In this document: one piece after another, positions 56,321-64,000 of the stretch
How positions within the stretch are numbered: the first letter of the stretch is position 1
Layout: the number at the start of each line of letters is the position of its first letter
Source: a virus
Lineage: Duplodnaviria; Caudoviricetes
Direction: 5' to 3' (one strand)
Virus record (IMG/VR): IMGVR_UViG_3300045747_000505
Length of the DNA: 64,000 nucleotides
Translations under genes and position numbers: made by a program
Notes under the pieces: model-generated
What the model was told of the DNA's origin: nothing
Seen by the model: the letters and a program-made list of their open reading frames with translations, nothing else
Database searches by the model: none

Positions 56321-57090
56321 GCTCACTCTTCACGCCATTCAGTCTGGGGCGGCGCTTCAGCGTCAAGTTCCTTGCGGCCGGTCAGCTAGTCATTCTACTT
56401 GCTCTCTGGTTCGTCGCCCCAGCCTCTTCAGGCATTCCAAACCCGCTCGACATCGCGAGCTCTTGGAATGACCTTGCTCTGCACAGCGGGCTGCTCGTCG
56501 AGCTCGGCAACTCGGCGCTCGTCATCGCCGAAGCCATCGTGCTGTCGACGGTCATTGCGCTGACGCTCGCCTACCTCGGCACCGCAGACATCTTCAAGGC
56601 CGCTGGCTCGCTCACATCAGCACTTCGCTTTCTCGGCTTCGCTGGTCTCACGTATCTCTTCACGCTGTGGACTAGCAACGGTCATCAGCTCAAGCTCTCG
56701 CTGCTGACCTTTGGCATGACGGTCTTTCTGGCTCGCTCGGCCATTGACATCGTCAACTCCATTCAGCCGAGTGAGGTCGACTACGGTCGCAGCCTCGGGC
56801 TCAGCGGTTGGGGTCTGACTTGGGAGCTGGCCGTTCGTGGTCGTCTGCACGACATGCTCGACCTCATTCGTCAGAACGCTGCGGTTGGTTGGACGCTGCT
56901 CGCCATGGTCGAGGGCATCACTCGCAGTCAAGGTGGCATCGGTGGCATGCTCCTCAATCAGAACAAGGCCTTCAACCTCTCGGCCGTCTTCGCCATTCAA
57001 CTGACCATTCTTGCCTACGGCATTCTTCAAGACGTGGCGCTGGCCTACGCTCGCACCGTTGTCTGCCCATACCTCAACACTCACAAGTAA
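56317..57090 (+). CDS. ABC transporter permease (SsuC/TauC-like)
   Basis: About 6 TMs; EAA-like loop EVDYGRSLG.SGW; GWT....E....GGIG. Confidence 0.88.
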   Translation: MSSLFTPFSLGRRFSVKFLAAGQLVILLALWFVAPASSGIPNPLDIASSWNDLALHSGLLVELGNSALVIAEAIVLSTVIALTLAYLGTADIFKAAGSLTSALRFLGFAGLTYLFTLWTSNGHQLKLSLLTFGMTVFLARSAIDIVNSIQPSEVDYGRSLGLSGWGLTWELAVRGRLHDMLDLIRQNAAVGWTLLAMVEGITRSQGGIGGMLLNQNKAFNLSAVFAIQLTILAYGILQDVALAYARTVVCPYLNTHK

Positions 57091-57098
57091 GGACCGCC

Positions 57099-57470
57099 AT
57101 GTTCCCAGACGACGCATTTGAATACGCCCAGGTCGCCGCCAAGACCATTCCCGCCGCCAAGTCAATCAACGAACCCTACTCGCCAGCCGACGCCGCAGCG
57201 GCCAAGACATCGGCCATTCCGCCGGTGGTGTTCGCCGTCATCAACGAGCTGCTCGCCACGCACGTCTCCAATGGTCGTGCGACCTTCAAGCAGTCCGACA
57301 TCATCGAGGGCGTCAGAACTCGCACGGGGGAGCCCTTTCAGCACCAGTGGTTGTCGTTCGCAGATGTCTATAAGGCGCGGGGCTGGCACGTCTCCAGCGA
57401 CGTTCCTGGTTACAACGAGAGCTATCCGGCGCTGTACACGTTCTCCGACGCTTCACGCTGGGCATCGTAA
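57099..57470 (+). CDS. conserved phage hypothetical protein, paralog 1
   Basis: AIP..V...NELL...GW.V..D.PGYNESY...YTF. Confidence 0.7.
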   Translation: MFPDDAFEYAQVAAKTIPAAKSINEPYSPADAAAAKTSAIPPVVFAVINELLATHVSNGRATFKQSDIIEGVRTRTGEPFQHQWLSFADVYKARGWHVSSDVPGYNESYPALYTFSDASRWAS

Positions 57471-57557
57471 CGCTTGAACCTAGGTTTGGCGAACCTAAGC
57501 AGGCGACGGTGGAGTATGATGGCACTACCAACTCCACTTCACCGTCGAAAGCACACC

Positions 57558-57881
57558 ATGGCAGTCAAGCCCCTTTCACCTGCTGAAATCGTCGCCAAGC
57601 GCGTCGCCGCCATTCCCGACGGCATCATCACCGAGCTCAACGAGTTCCTTGTTCAGGCGTACAAGCCTGGCCAGTCAGTCGCGATTCACTTCGGCTTGCT
57701 GAACAAGTGGCTGACCGCCGAGAACATGCACAATGGGCAGTCCGCCATGCGCGAGACCATCGTCGACCTGTTCCGCGACGCGTGGATCGTCACCGAGCGC
57801 ATCGCCGACGCGAACGAGGACTTCGAGCCGTACTACACCTTCGCCGCGCCGACCCCGCATCGCAACGCCGAGCGGGACTAA
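57558..57881 (+). CDS. conserved phage hypothetical protein, paralog 2
   Basis: PLSPAE...AIP.....NE.L...W.V....NE.F.P.YTF. Confidence 0.65.
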   Translation: MAVKPLSPAEIVAKRVAAIPDGIITELNEFLVQAYKPGQSVAIHFGLLNKWLTAENMHNGQSAMRETIVDLFRDAWIVTERIADANEDFEPYYTFAAPTPHRNAERD

Positions 57882-57884
57882 GCG

Positions 57885-58679
57885 ATGCCGCGCACGTACG
57901 CTCGTGCCGAGCGCCTGCTGACCATCGACAAGCTGGACATTCGCTACGGCGCGAAGATCGTGCTGCGCGATGTCAATCTGCACGTCGACAACATCACGCG
58001 CGTCGGCCTCAGTCAAGGTCAGTGCGTCGCGCTGCTCGGCCCGTCGGGCATCGGCAAGACGCAGCTGTTCCGAGCCATCGCTGGCCTTCAACCACCGACT
58101 CAAGGGTCAGTGACGCTGGCCGACGGCAAGCCGGTGATCGCTGGTCAGATCGGCGTTGTGCAGCAAGCCTATCCGCTGCTCGCCCATCGCACGGTCATGG
58201 GCAACCTTCGTCTCGCCGCCGACAAGCACGGCACGCCGCTGGACCAGATCAACCACTACCTCGAGTACTTCGAGCTGGCGGACAAGGTCGACAGCTACCC
58301 GTCGCAGCTCAGCGGTGGTCAACGGCAGCGCATCGCCATCATTCAACAGCTCGTGTGCTCCAATCACATTCTGCTGATGGACGAACCGTTCAGCGGTCTC
58401 GACCCCATCGCCAAGGGCAAGGTCTACGACACCATCACGAAGGTCACCACCGAGCACGAGCTCAACACGGTCATCTTCACCACCCATGACATTGGCTCGG
58501 CCGTTCGGCTGGCCGACGAGCTCTGGGTGCTTGGTCGCCAGCCTGGTCTGCTTGGCGCCACGGTGGTCAAGCGCATTGACCTCATCGCCGCTGGTCTCGC
58601 TTGGGACAAGGGCATCAATCACAACCCGAAGTTCTGGCCGATGGTCAATGAGCTTCACGACCTCTTCAAAACACTATGA
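57885..58679 (+). CDS. ABC transporter ATP-binding subunit (SsuB/TauB-like)
   Basis: GPSGIGKT, Q-loop, LSGGQRQR, LLMDEPFSGLD, TTHD. Confidence 0.95.
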   Translation: MPRTYARAERLLTIDKLDIRYGAKIVLRDVNLHVDNITRVGLSQGQCVALLGPSGIGKTQLFRAIAGLQPPTQGSVTLADGKPVIAGQIGVVQQAYPLLAHRTVMGNLRLAADKHGTPLDQINHYLEYFELADKVDSYPSQLSGGQRQRIAIIQQLVCSNHILLMDEPFSGLDPIAKGKVYDTITKVTTEHELNTVIFTTHDIGSAVRLADELWVLGRQPGLLGATVVKRIDLIAAGLAWDKGINHNPKFWPMVNELHDLFKTL

Positions 58680-59047
58680 CCACCTACGTCATCAAGTACA
58701 AGGATTCGCCAGGCGGTCCAGCCGGTGGCCCGATCAACGTCTACAACCTTGGCAGCGGCTTCGAAGCCACGCTCGAGGAGGCGACGCAGTACACGAACTG
58801 GCACGAGGCCAAGGAGAAGTGCGGCGAGCTCTGCGGCGTCGAGGGCGTCTACGAGTACGAGGTCGAGCTCTCGCGCCTCAAGCTCTCGCAACCGCAGCCG
58901 AACTTCATCACGCGCGAGCAGCTCATCGGCGCCATTCAAGAAGCGACCGACGTCTACAGCTACTACGATGATGAGGGCCACGTCACTCGAACCGTCACGT
59001 ACGTCGACGCGAACCTCCTCATCAAGGCCATTCAGGAGTTGTCATGA
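58676..59047 (+). CDS. hypothetical protein
   Basis: Coupled ORF. Confidence 0.55.
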   Translation: MTTYVIKYKDSPGGPAGGPINVYNLGSGFEATLEEATQYTNWHEAKEKCGELCGVEGVYEYEVELSRLKLSQPQPNFITREQLIGAIQEATDVYSYYDDEGHVTRTVTYVDANLLIKAIQELS

Positions 59048-59271
59048 ACCTCTTCGACCTCTTTGAAGAACTGTGGCCTGGCGAACCGCTTGATGCCTAT
59101 GATGAGCTGCTGTGGCTCACGCCCTACCCATGCGCTGACGTCGCCACCATCGAGCAGCGACTGCGTGAGTTTCGTGCTGCCAACGGCCCGGTCATCGCCA
59201 AAGCCATCAATGTCGGCTACGCTGCGCTGCCAACCAGCATTCATCCCGAACCTAAAAACGACCCGACCTGA
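59044..59271 (+). CDS. hypothetical protein
   Basis: Coupled ORF. Confidence 0.55.
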   Translation: MNLFDLFEELWPGEPLDAYDELLWLTPYPCADVATIEQRLREFRAANGPVIAKAINVGYAALPTSIHPEPKNDPT

Positions 59272-59332
59272 ACCGAAGGTTTGGTTGTACAATGGCTTCA
59301 CCATCCACCCATTCCACCTACCGGAGTTCCAC

Positions 59333-59629
59333 ATGTCCTTTTCCCGTATGAAGCCCCTGCCGAAAGCCCTTCTGCTCGCCGTCCTCGTCGGCGGTGCCGT
59401 CTTCGCCTACAAGACCTTCGTTCCCTCCACGCCCAAGGCCGTCGAGCCTCCGCCGGTCGCTGCCGTTCAAGTGCCGGCCGAAGTGCCCGTCGCCGCACAG
59501 GTCCCTGTCGCCACCGTGCGCAGCACCTCCACCCCTGTCGCTGAACCGCCTGCCGCTCAGGCTCCGGCTCTCACGCCCGCCCCGACCAACGCCGGTCTGG
59601 ACGCCCTCCTCGGCACTGGCAAGAAGTGA
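59333..59629 (+). CDS. signal-anchored Pro/Ala-rich protein sharing its N-terminus with 54386..56080
   Basis: SRMKPLPKA.LLA..VGGAVFAYK duplicated. Confidence 0.75.
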   Translation: MSFSRMKPLPKALLLAVLVGGAVFAYKTFVPSTPKAVEPPPVAAVQVPAEVPVAAQVPVATVRSTSTPVAEPPAAQAPALTPAPTNAGLDALLGTGKK

Positions 59630-60552
59630 ACACCATGCAAGACAAGTACCTCTCTCCGACCCTCGGCGCGGTCGTCATTGCGGTTCTCGCGATGGTTGCC
59701 GTTGACGCCAAGGCGCAGACCGTCATGGGCATCGCCTCGGGCCAGGTCGGCAGCACGACCCACTCGATGATGACCGACGTCGCCAGGGTCTGCCCGAACG
59801 TGAACGTCGTCACCAGCGAAGGCTCGCTCGACAACATCTTCCGCATCTCCAGCGACAAGGCGGTGCAGCTGGGCTACACCCAAGAAGATGCCGCCGTGTA
59901 TCAGAACGGGCAAGACCCCGAGATGATGAAGAAGATTCAGATGCTCTTTCCGCTGTTCAGCGCCGAGATGCACCTGGTCGTTCCCGCAAACAGCAAGATC
60001 AACTCGCTGGCTGATCTGGCCGGCAAGAAGGTCTACGTGTCGGCCGAGGGCACTGGCACCTGGGTTTCGACCGAGGTGATTCGCAAGCTCACTGGCATCG
60101 CGTGGTCTGGCTTCAACATCACCAAGAAGGAAGACGGTCTCAAGGCGATTCAGCAGGGGCTGGTCGATGCTGGCTTCTTCGTCGAGGGTGCACCGGTCAG
60201 CCTGCTCGCGAACGCGCAGGGTATCAAGCTGATTCCGATCAGCCATCCCGCGCTCGACGGCTTCAAGTACTACACCAAGACGATGATCCCGTCGGGTGCT
60301 TACGCGTGGCAGACTGGCACGACGCCGACCTACAAGGTCAAGTTCGCGCTGATGACCTACGCGTTCAAGCAGCAGTACCAAACCGAGATCGGCAGCCTGG
60401 TGTCGTGCATCACGCGCAACATCGGCAAGCTGCAAGCCACCGGCCACGCCAAGTGGCGCAACGTGGACCCGTCCGAGATCGACAAGATCAGCTGGGCGGT
60501 CCATCCCGCGGCTCTGGCCGCGATCAAGCGTGAAACCAAGGGAGGCAAGTGA
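59626..60552 (+). CDS. TAXI-family TRAP solute-binding protein
   Basis: IASGQVGST, SEGSLDNI, QED, LFSAEMHLVV, SLADLAGKKV, GT.VST. Confidence 0.88.
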   Translation: MNTMQDKYLSPTLGAVVIAVLAMVAVDAKAQTVMGIASGQVGSTTHSMMTDVARVCPNVNVVTSEGSLDNIFRISSDKAVQLGYTQEDAAVYQNGQDPEMMKKIQMLFPLFSAEMHLVVPANSKINSLADLAGKKVYVSAEGTGTWVSTEVIRKLTGIAWSGFNITKKEDGLKAIQQGLVDAGFFVEGAPVSLLANAQGIKLIPISHPALDGFKYYTKTMIPSGAYAWQTGTTPTYKVKFALMTYAFKQQYQTEIGSLVSCITRNIGKLQATGHAKWRNVDPSEIDKISWAVHPAALAAIKRETKGGK

Positions 60553-60788
60553 TCATGACCATCCTCTACATCGTTCTCGGCTTCATCGCCGTCATCTGGA
60601 TCGCCGTCACCGGCTTCGCCCTGCTAGTGAACGTCATCACCTCGTCTGGCCAGGCCGGCTTCTGGGCCTCCATGTTCCGCCGCTGCACTCCGATGGAGGT
60701 GGCCCTCATGTCGCCTGGTCTGCTTTGGGTCCTGCCGCTCGCAGCAGCCGCTACCGCCATCCGCGGCATTTCACGGCTGCGCAAGTAA
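60549..60788 (+). CDS. small membrane protein
   Basis: Two TMs. Confidence 0.6.
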   Translation: MIMTILYIVLGFIAVIWIAVTGFALLVNVITSSGQAGFWASMFRRCTPMEVALMSPGLLWVLPLAAAATAIRGISRLRK

Positions 60789-60792
60789 GACG

Positions 60793-61314
60793 ATGGCCAC
60801 GCACCTCATTCCGACCGTCGGCGCCACGTGGACTCGCGCCACCAAGGTCGACGGCCTCAAGGCCAAGCACATGGGCGCTCTGCTGACGGACAACACCGTC
60901 GTCAGCAAGTTCCTCATCGACACGATCGAGGGTGAGGAGCCCATCGAGCCGACGAACATGTTCTGCATCGGCGTGACGAATGATGCGTGGCAGCAGCCGC
61001 CGCGAAAGCTGCTGCGCAAGTACGACGTCATCGACGTCACACCCGACGGTTGGCTCGTCTGCGTACCGAAGCCTGACAACCGCATCGACTACTTCACGCT
61101 CACGCTCGAGCACGTCTCGAAGTTCGTCGACGCTCGCATGGGTGACACGTTCGTCATTCAAGGCATCTACGGCAAGACCATGCCTGGCCTAGGCGAGAAC
61201 ATGCAAGAGCTCGTCATCGGCGATGCCATCTGCCGCCAGGTCAATGAGTTCACCGACCAGTGGGTCGTCGAGAAATCGCTGTTCGCCAGGTCCTACAAAG
61301 ATGTAACGACCTAA
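60793..61314 (+). CDS. hypothetical protein
   Basis: Coupled ORF, codon bias. Confidence 0.65.
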   Translation: MATHLIPTVGATWTRATKVDGLKAKHMGALLTDNTVVSKFLIDTIEGEEPIEPTNMFCIGVTNDAWQQPPRKLLRKYDVIDVTPDGWLVCVPKPDNRIDYFTLTLEHVSKFVDARMGDTFVIQGIYGKTMPGLGENMQELVIGDAICRQVNEFTDQWVVEKSLFARSYKDVTT

Positions 61315-61418
61315 CCTAAACTGTTACGCTTTCGACCCAACCAGGATCTCGAAAGCGTGGTATAATCACTCAACGCTCTGAAAGCGCTTTCCATCAACCT
61401 ACCCAAGGAACTTTCCAC

Positions 61419-62078
61419 ATGACCAAAGCCGTCCTCTTCGTTTCGTCCAACATTCAAGCCGCGCTGCTCAACGAGTTCCTGCTCGCCGAGATGCAGGACG
61501 GCTTCTGGCGTGACATGCGTCCCGCCGGCCACGGCGCCGTCTGGGCCGGCGTCTCAGTCATGGTGACGCCCACCGATGCCGTCGGTCCGCTCGGCTTCAC
61601 GCCGTTGAAGAACTACGACTTCCTCAATCCCGAGTTCACCAAGCTGAACGAAGCCAAGCTGGTCGCCATTGCGCAGACCGTCAAACCCAACATGACCTTC
61701 AAGGCCCTGAAGAAGGAGCTCATCGAGCTGGCCCGCATCATCGGCGGTCGCATGACCGACAAGACCAAGGAGCCTGCACGCCTCTTCCGTGGCAACAACC
61801 GCGCCGACTTCGACGTGATCCGCTCGGTCGAACGCCAAAAGGTCGTGACCGTCGCCGGCGCCAAGGCGGCAGTCGATGCCGCTGCCGCTGACGTCAAGAA
61901 GACCGCCGTCAAGAAGAAGACTGAACCCATCGCCGAGCCGGTGGTCGCCGCCAAGAAGACCGCAACCAAGAAGTCCAACAAGGTCAAGCTCGACGTCGAA
62001 GAAGGCGTGACCATCACCGTGACCTCGAGTGGCGCCACCGTTCGCAAGGTCGCCGCCAAGACCACCGCCAAGGCCTGA
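61419..62078 (+). CDS. hypothetical protein with Lys/Ala/Thr-rich basic tail
   Basis: AAGGA RBS; E..DGFW.D.RP..H..W domain; KKTAVKKK...KVAAKTTAKA tail. Confidence 0.75.
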   Translation: MTKAVLFVSSNIQAALLNEFLLAEMQDGFWRDMRPAGHGAVWAGVSVMVTPTDAVGPLGFTPLKNYDFLNPEFTKLNEAKLVAIAQTVKPNMTFKALKKELIELARIIGGRMTDKTKEPARLFRGNNRADFDVIRSVERQKVVTVAGAKAAVDAAAADVKKTAVKKKTEPIAEPVVAAKKTATKKSNKVKLDVEEGVTITVTSSGATVRKVAAKTTAKA

Positions 62079-62081
62079 ACC

Positions 62082-62360
62082 ATGGCAACCCTCACCACGA
62101 CTGTCGAGCTGATGCCGTTCGCCGTACCAGATGGTGTCATTGTCAAGCAGCCGCCACGCAACCGTGGCGATGGTTTCTCACCATTGCCGAAGATGAATCT
62201 GAACCAGCTGGACTACGCGACGCTCGATGCCCTTTGCCGAGAGTGGCGTGCCGAAGTGTTCAGCCGAGCCGGTGTTACCGACAGCGCGCCGTCCGCGACG
62301 CGCTCGGCCTACGTCAACAACTTCTCGCAGTGGGACGACGGCGCCATCGAACCGCGCTGA
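62082..62360 (+). CDS. hypothetical protein
   Basis: Follows previous gene, ends before terminator. Confidence 0.6.
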   Translation: MATLTTTVELMPFAVPDGVIVKQPPRNRGDGFSPLPKMNLNQLDYATLDALCREWRAEVFSRAGVTDSAPSATRSAYVNNFSQWDDGAIEPR

Positions 62361-62379
62361 GTTCAGCGCACCCAACGAC

Positions 62380-62401
62380 AGGGACCGAACGGTCCCTTTT
62401 T
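62380..62401 (+). terminator. intrinsic terminator
   Basis: AGGGACCGAACGGTCCC followed by TTTTT. Confidence 0.75.
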
Positions 62402-62593
62402 GGTGCCCGCAAGATTATAACATTATCCCAGCGTAATACAGGATGATGCCGATGATTTAACAGAGGATAATGAGAACTACTTCACAGTCTGAGTAAGGTT
62501 AAGCGACGTAAATGTAGGCGTAATGTTGTATAATGCTCCCAGAGCACTGAACAACAGCATGCTCGACCCCCATACTCTAAAGGGCACCTACAC

Positions 62594-64000
<1,407 letters not shown>

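Noticed and set aside
59600-59640. Programmed frameshift fusing the anchor minigene to TAXI
   Set aside because: No X XXY YYZ slippery heptamer at the junction, and TAXI has its own signal peptide; kept only as an evolutionary-relic idea

Overview
A 64-kb segment of a large, GC-rich, T4-superfamily ('jumbo'-type) myophage genome, with essentially all real genes on the + strand. Host is inferred, not shown, to be a Gram-negative proteobacterium (lipobox lipoproteins, OmpA/TAXI/ABC genes). Contents in order: (1) putative virion-cargo genes, a Dps/ferritin-like gene and an alpha/beta hydrolase; (2) a large terminase preceded by two catalytically degenerate terminase-ATPase paralogs; (3) tail-fibre/LamG genes; (4) an accessory block with an HD-Pnk fusion; (5) a T4-like gp32-UvsX-UvsY-UvsW recombination block; (6) GH108 endolysin, class II RNR plus glutaredoxin, holin-like gene and more fibre genes; (7) dCMP deaminase, a DnaE-like polymerase split into two distant mini-genes (the second apparently starting at ATC), GroES-like and clamp-loader genes; (8) accessory cassettes with a nucleotidyltransferase, two lipoproteins, DNA ligase, metallophosphoesterase, HNH and an Rnl5-type RNA ligase; (9) a 10-kb envelope/transport operon (PspA-like coiled coil, PBP-OmpA fusion, ABC permease and ATPase, TAXI); (10) the 5' part of a secreted multicopper oxidase running off the window. 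Two promoter classes are visible: T4-late-like (A)TAAATA, and a repeated -10 box with GTTAC(AC) or TGAACC boxes at helically phased distances. I found no tRNA, rRNA, CRISPR array, intein, integrase or reverse transcriptase. All family calls come from motif recognition by eye; no database searches were run.
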